From the sequence record SRR20825010_765: a stretch of 56,820 nt of DNA. The stretch is one strand, 5' to 3'. Numbering within the stretch: position 1 is the stretch's first letter; each line of letters starts with the position of its first letter. This document shows positions 30,508-42,200 of this stretch, piece by piece. Under the pieces are notes generated by a model. That model made no database searches. It saw only the letters and a list, made by a program, of their open reading frames with translations, and was not told where the DNA came from. The translations under genes and the position numbers were made by a program.

Positions 30508-30900
30508 ATGAATGTTCTCGTCGTTGAAGACAACAAGGCTGTCAGCCTGATTATCTGCCGCATCATCGAAGAGCTCGGTCACCAGTATGTGCTGGCCGCA
30601 GACGGTGAGGCCGCGCTGCGTCTGTACCATCAACGGGACATCGACCTGCTGATTCTGGACGTGGAGCTACCCATTCTTGATGGCTTCGCCGTGGCGAGGG
30701 ATGTGCGTAACGGCAGCCCTCACATCCCAATCCTGTTTATTTCCGGCAACAGCAGCGAAGCCTGCTTTCAACAATGCCTGGATGCCGGCGGCGACACCCT
30801 GATGCCCAAACCCTTGCGCCCCAGAGAACTACGCGCTTGGCTGGACAGTCGACTCCTCACGCTCCACAGCAACGCCCATATTTCTCCCGCCGCCGGTTGA
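30508..30900 (+). CDS. Single-domain response regulator
   Basis: VLVVED, LILDV.LP..DG, KP. Confidence 0.88.
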   Translation: MNVLVVEDNKAVSLIICRIIEELGHQYVLAADGEAALRLYHQRDIDLLILDVELPILDGFAVARDVRNGSPHIPILFISGNSSEACFQQCLDAGGDTLMPKPLRPRELRAWLDSRLLTLHSNAHISPAAG

Positions 30901-30961
30901 CCCGACGCCCCCAACCACGGCTCACCCCTCCCCTGTTAGCAAGCAGCCCTGCGGAGCGATC

Positions 30962-31372
30962 ATGGATCCACGTATCAGCATGATTACACTGGGTGTCAGC
31001 GATCTGGCCCGGGCGATTACCTTCTATGAAACCACCCTGGGCCTTCCCAGGCGCCCCATGGCCGACGACGCCCCCGTAGCCTTCTTCGAGCTCAATGGCA
31101 CCTGGCTGGGGCTGTTCGGGCGCAGCGACCTGGCCGCCGACGCGGGGGTAGCAGACAACAGGGAGGGCTTTGCCGGCGTCACACTGGCCCATAACGTAGA
31201 CAGCCCGGACCAGGTAGATACTCTGCTCGCGCACGCGTGTGAGCATGGCGCGCGACTGATCAAACCCGGTCAACCCACTGATTGGGGCGGCTACGCAGGT
31301 TACTTCGCCGACCCGGACGGGCATCTCTGGGAAATAGCCTGTAACCCGCACTTCTGGGTTGGACCACGATAA
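30962..31372 (+). CDS. VOC/glyoxalase family protein
   Basis: ITLGV.DL, WGGY.GYF.DPDGHLWE...NP. Confidence 0.9.
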   Translation: MDPRISMITLGVSDLARAITFYETTLGLPRRPMADDAPVAFFELNGTWLGLFGRSDLAADAGVADNREGFAGVTLAHNVDSPDQVDTLLAHACEHGARLIKPGQPTDWGGYAGYFADPDGHLWEIACNPHFWVGPR

Positions 31373-31439
31373 CCCTTTATCACGGCTTTGATGACTGGGC
31401 ACCCGAGGCCGATGCCTGAGGCCATTAACGGAAATCGCC

Positions 31440-31482
31440 CCCACAAAAAAGCCCGGCTGGGTAAGCCGGGCTTTTTTGTGGG
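31440..31482. terminator. Bidirectional rho-independent terminator
   Basis: CCCACAAAAAAGCCCGGCT...AGCCGGGCTTTTTTGTGGG. Confidence 0.85.
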
Positions 31483-31499
31483 ACGACACATCTCAAGGG

Positions 31500-33665
31500 T
31501 TACTTGTAGATTTCGCCTTTTTCCGCTTTTTCTACCAGTGAAGCCGGCGGGTTAAACCGTTCACCGTACAGCTTGACCAGCTCCTGGGCACGCGCAACAA
31601 AGCCGCGCAAACCGCCTTCGTACTGGTTGATGTACTGCATCACACCGCCGGTCCAGGCGGGGAAGCCAATACCGAAGATGGAACCGATGTTGGCATCCGC
31701 CACAGAGTCCATCACGCCTTCATCAAAGCACTTCACCGCTTCGAGGGACTCGATGAACATCATCCGTTCCTTGATGTCTTCGAACGGCATGTCCTTGCTG
31801 CCACCGAACGCATCGGCCAGACCGGACCACAGGTGCTTCTTGCCATTTTCAGGATACTCATAGAAGCCTTTACCCTGCAGCTTGCCCGGGCGATCCAACT
31901 CTTCGACCATCTTCTTCATGACCACTTCTGCCGGGTGCTCTGCAGGCGGCTCAGTCCCTTCACGCTTGGCATCATCACGGGCCGCTTTACCGATTTTCAG
32001 CGCGGTTTCCATGTTGATTTCATCGATCAGGTTCAGAGTACCCACCGGGTAACCCGCCTGCATGGCTGCCTGCTCAATGGACTGGGCATTGACGCCTTCG
32101 CCCAGCATGGCGATCCCTTCATTCGCGAAGGTACCGATCACACGGGTGGTGAAGAAACCACGAGCATCGTTGACCACGATCGGAGTCTTCTTGATCTGCA
32201 GACAGTAATCGTAGGTCCTGGCCAACGCTTCCGGACAGGTGTCCTTGCCACAGATAATTTCCACCAGCGGCATCTTGTCTACCGGGCTGAAGAAATGGAT
32301 ACCGATAAAGTTATCCTTCTTCTTCACACCTTTGGCCAGGCCGGTAATCGGCAAGGAGGAGGTGTTGGAGCCCAGCACCGCATCCGGGTTGACCACGTCT
32401 TCGATTTCCTGGAACACCTTGTGCTTCAGCTCGGTGTTTTCGAACACGGCTTCAATCACAAAGTCCACGCCCTCCAGATCTTTCGCATCGGCGGTGGCGG
32501 TAATGCGGCTGAGGATCTCTTCTTTTTTCTCCTCAGTCATTTTCCCCTTGGAGATTTCCTTGTCGAGTAGCTTGCGGGAGTAATCTTTACCCTTCTCGGC
32601 GTTCTCGGCAGAAATATCTTTCAGCACCACCTGTGATCCGGAGCGGGCCGTTACATAGGCCACGCCTGCACCCATCATACCGGCACCGAGAACACCCACT
32701 TTCTCGGCGCGGAATTTTTCAATGCCATCGGGACGGCTGGCACCACCATTAATAGCCTGCAGGTTGAAGAAGAACGCGGTGATCATGTTCTTGGCAACCT
32801 GGCTGGTCACCAGCGACACGAAATAACGGCCTTCGATAAGAGAGGCGTTATCGAAATCCACCGCTGCGCCTTCAATGGCCGCAGACATGATGGCCAGCGG
32901 CGCCGGGTAGTTGGCGCCCTTGAGCTGCTTCTTCAGGTTTGCCGGGAAAGCCGGCAGGTTAACGGCAAATTTCGGGTTCTTCGGGTCACCGCCCGGAATC
33001 TTGTAGCCCTTCTGGTCCCAGGGTTGCTGAGCCTTCGGGTTTGCCTTGATCCACTCGCGAGCCTTGGCCATCATCGCATCACGATCCGCCACCAGCTCGT
33101 CAATCAGACCAATTTTCTGGGCTTTATCCGCTTTCATGCGCTGGCCCTGCATCAACACCTTCATCAGGCCATCCTGGATACCCAGCATACGCACGATACG
33201 CGTCACGCCACCGCCGCCGGGCAACAGGCCCAGAGACACTTCCGGCAAACCGAACTGGGCGGATTTGTCATTGATGGCAACGCGGTGATGACAGGCCAGT
33301 GCGATTTCCAGACCGCCGCCCAGCGCCGTGCCATTCATAGCCGCAACCACAGGCTTGCCCAGGGTTTCCAGAACGCGCAGCTGACTCTTGATCTCAGTCA
33401 CACCGGCCAGAAATTGCGGTCCATCTTCCTTGCGGGCCTTTAGCAGATCACGCAGGTCGCCGCCGGCAAAAAAGGTTTTCTTGGCAGAGGTGATAATCAC
33501 CCCGGCAATCTCATCTTTCTCTTTCTCCAGACGCTCGACCACCGCCGCCATGGACTTGCCGTACAGCTCGTTCATGGTGTTGGCAGACTGGTTGGGATCA
33601 TCCAGGGTCAGAACGACGATATTGTCCGCGTCTTTTTCCCAACGAATAGCAGTTTGTTCACTCAT
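31500..33665 (-). CDS. Fatty acid oxidation multifunctional enzyme (enoyl-CoA hydratase / 3-hydroxyacyl-CoA dehydrogenase)
   Basis: ALGGGLE, GLPEV.LGLLPG, GAGMMGAG, IEAVFE, SNTS, HFFSP. Confidence 0.93.
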   Translation of the reverse strand: MSEQTAIRWEKDADNIVVLTLDDPNQSANTMNELYGKSMAAVVERLEKEKDEIAGVIITSAKKTFFAGGDLRDLLKARKEDGPQFLAGVTEIKSQLRVLETLGKPVVAAMNGTALGGGLEIALACHHRVAINDKSAQFGLPEVSLGLLPGGGGVTRIVRMLGIQDGLMKVLMQGQRMKADKAQKIGLIDELVADRDAMMAKAREWIKANPKAQQPWDQKGYKIPGGDPKNPKFAVNLPAFPANLKKQLKGANYPAPLAIMSAAIEGAAVDFDNASLIEGRYFVSLVTSQVAKNMITAFFFNLQAINGGASRPDGIEKFRAEKVGVLGAGMMGAGVAYVTARSGSQVVLKDISAENAEKGKDYSRKLLDKEISKGKMTEEKKEEILSRITATADAKDLEGVDFVIEAVFENTELKHKVFQEIEDVVNPDAVLGSNTSSLPITGLAKGVKKKDNFIGIHFFSPVDKMPLVEIICGKDTCPEALARTYDYCLQIKKTPIVVNDARGFFTTRVIGTFANEGIAMLGEGVNAQSIEQAAMQAGYPVGTLNLIDEINMETALKIGKAARDDAKREGTEPPAEHPAEVVMKKMVEELDRPGKLQGKGFYEYPENGKKHLWSGLADAFGGSKDMPFEDIKERMMFIESLEAVKCFDEGVMDSVADANIGSIFGIGFPAWTGGVMQYINQYEGGLRGFVARAQELVKLYGERFNPPASLVEKAEKGEIYK

Positions 33666-33694
33666 ATCTTTACTCCGAAATCGTTCGACGCGGC

Positions 33695-34906
33695 TTACAG
33701 ACGCTCGATGATGGTGGCGATACCCATGCCACCGCCCACACACAAGGTGCACAACGCGAACTTCTTGTCGCGGCGCTCGAGTTCATCCAGTGCGGTACCC
33801 AGAATCATGGCACCGGTGGCCCCCAGCGGGTGGCCCATGGCGATGGAACCGCCATTCACGTTGGTGATGTCCGGGGTAATATCCATGTCTTTCATGAAAC
33901 GCATGGCCACGGCCGCAAACGCTTCGTTGATTTCCCACAGGTCGATATCGCTGGCTTTCAGGCCGGCTTTTGCCAGTGCTTTCTTGGCGGCCGGGCCCGG
34001 GCCTGTGAGCATAATGGTCGGGTCAGCACCACTGATTGCCGTGCAAACAACCCGGGCACGCGCCTTCATGCCGTAATCCTTGCCCACTTTTTCGTTGCCA
34101 AGCACGACTAGGGAAGCACCGTCTACGATGCCTGAGGAGTTACCCGCATGGTGAACGTGGTTAATCTTTTCCAGCCAGTGATACTTCTGCAAGGCAACCG
34201 CATCAAAACCGCCCATTTCACCCATCATGGCGAAAGACGGATTCAGCCCGGCCAGCGCATCGGCGGTGGTACCCGCACGAACGTGTTCGTCCTGTGCCAG
34301 TACCGTCATGCCATTAAGGTCTTTCACCGGCACGACGGATTTTTCGAAATAACCCTTTTCCCAGGCATTGGCAGCACGGGACTGGGACTGGGCAGCAAAT
34401 TCGTCCACATCACGACGGCTCCAGCCCTCGATGGTGGCGATCAGATCGGCGCCGATCCCCTGGGGAACAAAGCCTGTCTCATAGTTGGTGATCGGGTCCA
34501 TCGCCCAGGCACCACCGTCGGAGCCCATGGGGATGCGGCTCATGGATTCCACGCCACCGGCGAGAATCAGATCATCCCAACCGGATGCCACTTTCTGGGC
34601 GCCGGTATTCACCGCTTCCAGGCCGGACGCGCAGAAACGGTTCAGCTGATAACCCGCCACGGTATCCGGCAGACCCGCTGCCAGCGCCGCTGTCTTGGCA
34701 ATACAGGCACCCTGGTCACCGACCGGGGTCACCACACCCAACAGCACATCATCAATGCGGTTGGTGTCCATATTCGGGAAACGGTCTTTTACTTCGTCGA
34801 TCAGGCCTACTACGAGATCCAGCGGCTTAACCGTATGCAAAGAGCCATCTTTCTTGCCCCGACCACGGGGAGTACGAATGGCATCATAGATATAGGCTTC
34901 GGTCAT
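33695..34906 (-). CDS. Acetyl-CoA C-acyltransferase (thiolase)
   Basis: [26 protein letters not shown]. Confidence 0.93.
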   Translation of the reverse strand: MTEAYIYDAIRTPRGRGKKDGSLHTVKPLDLVVGLIDEVKDRFPNMDTNRIDDVLLGVVTPVGDQGACIAKTAALAAGLPDTVAGYQLNRFCASGLEAVNTGAQKVASGWDDLILAGGVESMSRIPMGSDGGAWAMDPITNYETGFVPQGIGADLIATIEGWSRRDVDEFAAQSQSRAANAWEKGYFEKSVVPVKDLNGMTVLAQDEHVRAGTTADALAGLNPSFAMMGEMGGFDAVALQKYHWLEKINHVHHAGNSSGIVDGASLVVLGNEKVGKDYGMKARARVVCTAISGADPTIMLTGPGPAAKKALAKAGLKASDIDLWEINEAFAAVAMRFMKDMDITPDITNVNGGSIAMGHPLGATGAMILGTALDELERRDKKFALCTLCVGGGMGIATIIERL

Positions 34907-35149
34907 GGAACCTTCCTCTTGCCTCAGGCATGTATCAGCGTTTGCTGACGGGTTATGAAGGGCTTGGGAGCCCGGTATAGGGAGGCAAGAGTGCCCCAGC
35001 CACCCCAATGTCTCAATGACAGGAGTTAACAGCGCCCGTGAGCGGAACGGGCAAGGCTGCAAGTCATTGAAAAGCTTGATGTCCGTGCGGCCAATGAATG
35101 CCCCCGATCACATGGTATGGTCGCGCCAATTCGTTTCAGGAGTATTCCC

Positions 35150-35905
35150 ATGTCACACAGCACAGAGGTTTTTCGTTCACTGCTCTCCTCCTCGCTGCAA
35201 CAAGGCCGCGGCATTGCCAGCAAAGGCCACAGTAACCGGCCGCAGGAGCCGCTGGAGCTCTACGACATGGAAGGCTGCCCGTTCTGTCGCCTGGTGCGTG
35301 AAGCATTAACGGATCTGGACCTGGACGTGATGGTGTTCCCCTGCCCGAAAGGTGGCGACCGCTATCGCCCCCTGGTGGAACGTCTGGGCGGCAAGCAGCA
35401 GTTTCCGTACCTGATGGATCCCAACACCGGCGAAGCCCTCTATGAATCCGCCGCCATCATCGATTATCTCTACCGGCAATATGGCGGCCGACCGGCCCCG
35501 AAAAGCTGGCAATTGCGTCTGCGCACCGCCGCCGCAGTGGCCGCTTCAGCCCCCCGTGGCAGCCGCGGGATCCGCTGCCAGGACAGCCGGGCGCCGGAAA
35601 AACCGCTGGAGCTGTATTCTTTCGAAGCCAGCCCCTTTGCACGCCTGGTTCGTGAACGACTGACCGAACTGCAGTTGCCCTACCTGCTACGCCAGTGTGG
35701 CCGCGACCAATGGCAGGACTGGGTGCTGCCGGTGGTGCGCAAACGCCTTGATATGGACTACGCCCCCAGCCAACGCAACCGGGTCGATCTGCTGGCCCGG
35801 GCCGGCAGAATCGCTGTGCCCTACCTGGTAGACCCAAACACCGGCAAGGAATTGTTCGAATCTGAAGCCATTCTCGATTATCTGGACCAGACCTACGGCC
35901 GCTGA
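35150..35905 (+). CDS. Tandem GST-N/glutaredoxin-like domain protein
   Basis: Two repeats: CPFC...PYLMDPNTG..ES and SPFA...PYLVDPNTG..ES. Confidence 0.85.
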   Translation: MSHSTEVFRSLLSSSLQQGRGIASKGHSNRPQEPLELYDMEGCPFCRLVREALTDLDLDVMVFPCPKGGDRYRPLVERLGGKQQFPYLMDPNTGEALYESAAIIDYLYRQYGGRPAPKSWQLRLRTAAAVAASAPRGSRGIRCQDSRAPEKPLELYSFEASPFARLVRERLTELQLPYLLRQCGRDQWQDWVLPVVRKRLDMDYAPSQRNRVDLLARAGRIAVPYLVDPNTGKELFESEAILDYLDQTYGR

Positions 35906-36062
35906 TCCCTGCCCTGTTCGCCATGATGACGGGGTACCGATAAATGGTGCCCCTTTTCCCTTCTACACCCCACTTTTTAGTGCTATATATCCAATGGCAG
36001 GTTGCATTCTTGGCACCTGCAAAACGGCAAGTATCCTTTAACGTTGGAAAGAGAGTGGCACC

Positions 36063-36221
36063 ATGAGTCGTCGCCAATTTGATGACTACGACCCGAATGA
36101 GTGGGAAGAAGAACACAAGCGTGCAGAGCGTGAGCGCCGCAAGCGAGACGCCAAGCGTCACAGACATGATGATGAGAAAGGAGAAGAAAGCCGGGACCGC
36201 TCGCGTCCACAGGCTTACTGA
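36063..36221 (+). CDS. Small highly charged protein (52 aa), absent from the ORF track
   Basis: GAAAGAGAG RBS; MSRRQFDDYDPNEWEEEHKRAERERRKRDAKRHRHDDEKGEESRDRSRPQAY. Confidence 0.6.
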   Translation: MSRRQFDDYDPNEWEEEHKRAERERRKRDAKRHRHDDEKGEESRDRSRPQAY

Positions 36222-36343
36222 TTACATCGCCTTCTGATCACCTTGAGCATTACCGGTTTCTCGAGGGTTGCCGAAAAGAGATAGGGCCCGGTTACTGCTA
36301 CGCCTTCCCGGCCTTGCAGTAACCGCTGATCGCTCCTCCCCCG

Positions 36344-36664
36344 CTATTCCCCGTAACGGCTCACCAGCTTCGACAGCAGGGTTGCGGTCTGCTCGTCCGT
36401 TGCCAGACGAAACCCACCTCGCCAATGGCCATTGTCCAGATAGCTGTGCCATAGCGGTTCCGCATGCACGTGCAACTCTCGCTGGCCGGACAGATTGAAG
36501 GGCAACTTCAGCACCATCGTTTGCAAGGTTTGTGGTGGTACGCCTTTGCCCGCCAGGCAAACGCCCTGATCTGTAATATTCAGAATATGGCCGATTGGCC
36601 GCTGATCGACGCACGCTCGCACATTGACGCGAAGCCTGGGCCGACTGAATCGTCGACGTTCCAT
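36344..36664 (-). CDS. PilZ domain protein
   Basis: ERRRFSR (RxxxR), N-I-T-D-Q-G variant of D/NxSxxG, W.GGF; AAGG RBS. Confidence 0.75.
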   Translation of the reverse strand: MERRRFSRPRLRVNVRACVDQRPIGHILNITDQGVCLAGKGVPPQTLQTMVLKLPFNLSGQRELHVHAEPLWHSYLDNGHWRGGFRLATDEQTATLLSKLVSRYGE

Positions 36665-36754
36665 CACACCCTTCCTTCTCAGGGAGCCTGTTACTCCCAG
36701 TCTCCGCCGGCTTTGTGTACCATGCAAGTTAGATGAATTTTGTGGAGCAGTTCC

Positions 36755-37351
36755 ATGGCCTCCGACGATGATCTGTTTCGCCAGGAGATGGCGGATGTTA
36801 CGCCGATAAAGCCGGACAACCGGGTGCAGGAACGTACGCCCCGTCGTGAACCCTCTATCCGTGAACAATTGCGTCGCGCCGCCGCCGTGGACGATCGCAA
36901 AGACCGCAATCCACTGACCGTTCCCGAACAGGTGCCTCCCGTCGGGCCACTGGATATCGTCGGACTGAAAAAGGATGGCGTCCAGGAAGGGGTATATCGC
37001 AAACTGCGACTGGGCAAATATGAGGCCCAGGATGTGCTGGACCTGCACCGGGTTCGCTTGATGGATGCCCGCAACCTGGTACAGCAGTTTCTGGAGAATG
37101 CCCACAACAATGGCATGCGCACCGTGCTGATCAGCCACGGCAAGGGGCTGCACAGCGAACGGCCCGGCTTTCTGAAAAGTTACGTGATGCACTGGCTGGA
37201 AGAAAGCCACCTGGTACTGGCCTTTCACAGCACACCCGCCAATCGTGGCGGCAGCGGCGCAACCCAGGTGCTGGTTCGCAAGAACGGGCAGGCCCGCCAA
37301 CGCAACCGGGAGTTCTTTATTGAAGCGGGGAAAAACAATAGAAACCGTTGA
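36755..37351 (+). CDS. smrA: Smr domain endonuclease SmrA
   Basis: LF..EM.DV.P, GVQ.GV.RKLR.GKY, LDLH, HGKG, GG.GA. Confidence 0.88.
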   Translation: MASDDDLFRQEMADVTPIKPDNRVQERTPRREPSIREQLRRAAAVDDRKDRNPLTVPEQVPPVGPLDIVGLKKDGVQEGVYRKLRLGKYEAQDVLDLHRVRLMDARNLVQQFLENAHNNGMRTVLISHGKGLHSERPGFLKSYVMHWLEESHLVLAFHSTPANRGGSGATQVLVRKNGQARQRNREFFIEAGKNNRNR

Positions 37352-37408
37352 CAGTTTTTAGTGGACAATTGAAAGCTGCGCAACCCGGATTCTCTTATTC
37401 TTCAAAAC

Positions 37409-37443
37409 GAGAGGCCGCGCCCAAACCTTGGTCGCGGCCTCTC
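37409..37443. terminator. Hairpin between convergent smrA and sthA
   Basis: GAGAGGCCGCG...CGCGGCCTCTC. Confidence 0.55.
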
Positions 37444-37503
37444 CCGTTTAAAACCTAACCAAGACCTCCTCGCGTAGCTGCTAACTATCACAGCCAACCA
37501 TAT

Positions 37504-38901
37504 TCACCGCTTGATCCGGTTCAGCCCATTGATCGCCGCCACTCGATACGCCTCCGCCATGGTTGGATAGTTGAAGGTGGTATCAATAAAGTACTCCAGC
37601 GTGTTGTTTTCACCCGGTTGACGCATGATCGCCTGGCCCACATGGACGATTTCCATGGCCTGGTAGCCGAAACAGTGAATACCTAACACCGCCAATGTTT
37701 CGCGATGAAACAGAATTTTCAGCATGCCCACCCGCTCGCCGGTAATTTGCGCCCGGGCCAGGTTTTTGAAGAAAGCTTGTCCCACATCATAGGGCACCTT
37801 GGCTTCGGTCAATTCCTGCTCGGTTCGCCCAACGCTACTGATACCAGGAATGGTGTAAATTCCCGTGGGCACATCCGTGACCTGGCGCACTTCGTCACCA
37901 GCAATGGCAGCCGCACAAAAGCGCCCCTGATCGTAGGAGGCACTGGCCAGTGATGGCCACCCCACCACATCACCGACGGCATAGAGCGTGTCCATCTCAG
38001 TCTGATAACGCTCATTGACCTTGAGCTGCCCACGACTGTTGGCTTCAACGCCCACGTTTTCCAGGCCAATATTCTGGGTGTTCCCGGAACGGCCGTTACA
38101 CCATAACAAGGCATCCGCGCGCAGTTTTTTGCCGGATTCCAGCTCCAGCGTTACACCCTCGTCATCCGCCGTCACCCGTTTGTAGTGTTCCCCCTGGCGA
38201 ATGGTGCAGCCCTGCTCACGCAGGTGATAGCTGAGCGCATCGGAAATCTCCGTATCCAGAAAATCCAGTAAGTGCTCACGGGAGTTCACCAGATCCACCC
38301 GGATGCCGAGCCCGGTGAAGATACAGGCATACTCCGAGCCGATGACCCCGGCACCGTAAACAAGGATATGCCGCGGCGTATGATCCATGGTCAGGATGGT
38401 ATCCGAGTCGTAGATACGTGGATGAGAGAAGTCCACGTCATCCGGGTGGTAGGGACGAGACCCCGTAGCAACCAGAATATTGCGGGTTTTCAGCAAGTGC
38501 TGGCGGCCTGCATGGTCATCGACCCGCACTTCTTGCGGTGACAGAATCTCACCACGCCCCCCGAACACGGTAACCCGGTTACGGACATAAAAGTCCGTTC
38601 GAACCTGCACCTGAGAGTCTATTACCTCGCGGGTGCGGGCAATCAGATCCTGCCAGCGGATTTCGCGGGGCTTGATGATGCCGCGTAGCAAGGGATTCCG
38701 CTGGGTACGAATCACCTGGCGCACCTGATGCCGCAGCGCCTTGGAGGGAATCGTGCCCCAGTGGGTGCAGTTCCCGCCCAACGACGACTGATCCTCCACG
38801 ATCGCCACTTTTAGATCTTTTTTGGCCGCCTGCATCGCCGCCGCTTCACCCGCAGGGCCACTACCAATCACCACAAGATCCCAACCGGCACTGATATCCA
38901 T
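37504..38901 (-). CDS. sthA: Soluble pyridine nucleotide transhydrogenase
   Basis: [36 protein letters not shown]. Confidence 0.95.
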   Translation of the reverse strand: MDISAGWDLVVIGSGPAGEAAAMQAAKKDLKVAIVEDQSSLGGNCTHWGTIPSKALRHQVRQVIRTQRNPLLRGIIKPREIRWQDLIARTREVIDSQVQVRTDFYVRNRVTVFGGRGEILSPQEVRVDDHAGRQHLLKTRNILVATGSRPYHPDDVDFSHPRIYDSDTILTMDHTPRHILVYGAGVIGSEYACIFTGLGIRVDLVNSREHLLDFLDTEISDALSYHLREQGCTIRQGEHYKRVTADDEGVTLELESGKKLRADALLWCNGRSGNTQNIGLENVGVEANSRGQLKVNERYQTEMDTLYAVGDVVGWPSLASASYDQGRFCAAAIAGDEVRQVTDVPTGIYTIPGISSVGRTEQELTEAKVPYDVGQAFFKNLARAQITGERVGMLKILFHRETLAVLGIHCFGYQAMEIVHVGQAIMRQPGENNTLEYFIDTTFNYPTMAEAYRVAAINGLNRIKR

Positions 38902-38994
38902 TCACCTCTCCTTTCTACTGTTAGAGAGAGTATAGGGAGGTAGCGAGACAAGCACGAGTTGGACTAGAGTCGAAACACAGCAAGGAGGAAGATC

Positions 38995-39285
38995 ATGGAT
39001 GACCACAGCGGCAAAAAAACCTCACTGATTGCCCGCGGCAGCCGTAAATCCGGGCACTGGCTGATCACGCACCCCATGGGGGCACTACAGATTCTATTGG
39101 CGATTTTAGCCATCATTATCGTTTTTCAGAACCTGGAACCCACCAGCATCGATATTCTGTTCTGGACCCTGGTGGACATTCCCAAGCTTGTATTGCTGAT
39201 GGCCAGCATGCTTTTCGGGGCAGTGGTGTGGGAAACCCTGCGGCGGGTGCTACGCCGCCACTCGGCGACGCAGCAAAAGGATTAG
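38995..39285 (+). CDS. Small membrane protein, LapA/DUF1049-like
   Basis: AAGGAGG RBS; II.FQN...I..LFW....P. Confidence 0.6.
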   Translation: MDDHSGKKTSLIARGSRKSGHWLITHPMGALQILLAILAIIIVFQNLEPTSIDILFWTLVDIPKLVLLMASMLFGAVVWETLRRVLRRHSATQQKD

Positions 39286-42200
39286 CCCGCCCAACATCGC
39301 CCAGCCAATACTGCCCCCTGACCCGGCAGAAGTTTCATTGTTGGGATAGGAAACCGTAAAGGTGGCCTGCTGCGAAACGGTGCCACAGTTGGTGTCTTCA
39401 ACCGTCAGGGTGAAAACATCCTTGAAGGTGTTGTAATTGCTCTGCGGAATATAGGTGACGATGCCGTTGTCATTGTCGATAAATAAACCGGCGCCCACCA
39501 CATTGCCGTTTTCATCTTTCTTCGCAAAGCTCGGCGCCTGACTGACAGAAATATCGTAATTGCTCCAATCAATTTCCGCGTCCGGGTCATCCGGATCTGA
39601 TGCGGTCAGGTTGAACCTCACCGTTGCCCCCGGCTGGTTCATTTTCGACTGGTTGTCCAGAGCAGGTGCCTTGTCGTTTATTGTCATCACCACTGTCGCT
39701 GCATCGTTCGTATTCACCGATACATTATTGCTATCTGTGAAGGTATACAGGAACGCCATTTTCAACGGATTATCGTCGGTGCTTTGACATACATTGGTCT
39801 CAAAACCCGCTGTGGTCGGGGGCGTAAAGAGCACCACACATTCATCGGCCACATCCCCGTCTTCCAGCAGGTCCGGGTTCGCATCAATAACTTTCTGGGA
39901 AATGGGCTCGCCACAGCGCAAATCGTAACCGTCTCGGTCCGGATTATAGTAAAGCCAGACGAAATCGATGATTGCACCGTCCGCATCCGGATTGGCTGGG
40001 TTAATCAATTCAAAACGTGTGCGTTCACTCATATCTTGCTGATAGAGATCGCCGGTACCGACATATTCCACAGGGTCCGCGCTATTTGGTTCCGCGTGTT
40101 CAAAGGCGAAAACATTATCCAGAAACAGGCTGGGGTCCACGTCATCCAGATAGACAATCTCGGCCCCATCACTGGCCAGATCATTATCCAGAATATCCAC
40201 CGCCACCTGACGACCCGGACGGTTCTTATTGGTGCCTTCATCGTCGCCGGCGGTGATTTTCTGGTACTCGAAGGCACCCAGATCACAACGACCGCCGGAC
40301 GTCCGGGAAATGCCACGCAAATCCACGGAACGGCAACGCAACGGTGTCCCCGTGCCGCTGACCAGGGCTTCATCATTGCCCTTGTCCACCAGGATGGCGT
40401 CGTTTTCCGGGTCACTCATGGACAGAAATGGTGGTGTGTAATCATCCGCCACTCCGTCTTCCCCACTCAACGTGCTATCCAGGTCGGCGCTTCCCAATGA
40501 TGTCTGGTTATTGCTTTCTGTTGTTGCTGCACAGGCAGCATCGGAAAAAGCGTTGTAGTGGCTTTCGTGCAATACAGTGGCGCCACTGGTGCACGCTGCC
40601 CCACTGTCGAAGTAAATGCTGTTGGCCATCTGGATTTCTGAAGGGGCATCTCCGAGATCAATGCCCAAACCACCGCCAGTATTATTCATGAAGGTACTGT
40701 TCATGATGGTGGCACCCACCACTATATTGGTCAGATCCAGCGCCGCGCCCTGGGGCGACATGTTATCGACAAAAGTGCTGTTGGAGACTGTCACGGAACC
40801 GGCATTGATATTGGCATCCAGCACACCGCCTTTGGTGACACTGGTATTACCCTCAAAGGTACTGTCAATCAGTGCCACTTTCACGTTGTCATTGTTCTGC
40901 GTGGTGGTAGAGATCACACCACCGGCCACCCCGGCAGTGTTGTTGTAAACATAGGCTCGATTGAACGTCACCAGCTTTTCATTACCCGCATTGGAGCGCA
41001 CATAAGCCACCCCCGCAGAAGCATCCGCATGGTTATTGGTAATCACCACACGATCAAAAATTACCGAGCCACCGGTGGTGATCACCGCGCCGCTGCCGGT
41101 CTCACCGCTACCGGTCGCCACCCCGTCTTCCAGCGTCAGATAGCGGAACGTGACACCAGGGTGTCCTGAACTCGGGTTCGGCGGCTCCACTTCGAAAAGA
41201 CGTTCCGTGCCATTGCCGATAATTCGGGTCAGCGTCTCTTCATCATCAGCAGGGTCCACGTCGCGCACCCCCTTGCCCACCAACTCCACACTGCCACCCT
41301 CAATAATCAGGGTTGTTGCCAGATGAATCTCGCCAGCCGGAATAAGAATCCGGTCAGACGAGTTGCCGCCATAGGCGCAATCCGGGCTGCCCGAGCCGCC
41401 AGCATTTTCCAGCGCTTCGCGTAACGTGCATTTTCCATCGTTGGTGATGGGCGGAAATTGATCGACGAGAGAGTTCACCTCGATATCTACCGCCAACGCA
41501 GGACCGCTAAGCAAAGCAGAAACCAGAGCCAACGCCCTCTTTGACGACAGGCGATAGCGACGAACCAGCCCGGCCAGAGCCAGAAGAGCAAGCATCATGC
41601 CGCCTTGGGCGCCAATGCTCTTTTTTTCGGTTAAGCCGCTGGCGGGTTCAGCCACCAGGTTAGTGATTTCACTCTGGTTCTGGCCCAGGTCCGTGCCACC
41701 GAAAAAGGCGTCCTTGTCCACCTCGTAGCGCAACTGGTCCACACCGTGGAAAGACGAGCCCGACGTGTAACGGATGCGAGGATAGCCATCGGCATCGATC
41801 TCCACTCGAGCCGAGCCTCGACTGGGCTGAGCGACCACTACCAGACAGCGATCCTGGATCGCGTCAGCAATGCAATCGGTCTCACCGATATTGCACACCC
41901 CTTCGGCTACCACTACGTCTTCCAGTAGACCACAGTCCACTTCGGTATCATTGCGGTCGTTCTCCAGCACATCCGCCAGTACTGACTGGCCACTGATCAG
42001 ATCGACTTCATCCGGTTGTGCTCGCGCCCGCAGAAATTCCACCGCCCCCACATCACAACGACCCGCCGGTCCACCGCGTGAGTTACCGCGGTTATCGGTT
42101 GATTCACACTGGTCCACCGTAGCGGTTTCCGGGCTGGCGCGATCAAACAGACTGGGCGCCATGGGATCACCCGCCAACGCTGCAGGGGTCGGGTTGGGCA

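Noticed and set aside
36344-37300. 318-aa minus-strand ORF as a single gene
   Set aside because: The 5' two-thirds is antisense to smrA; only the PilZ part from 36664 is credible
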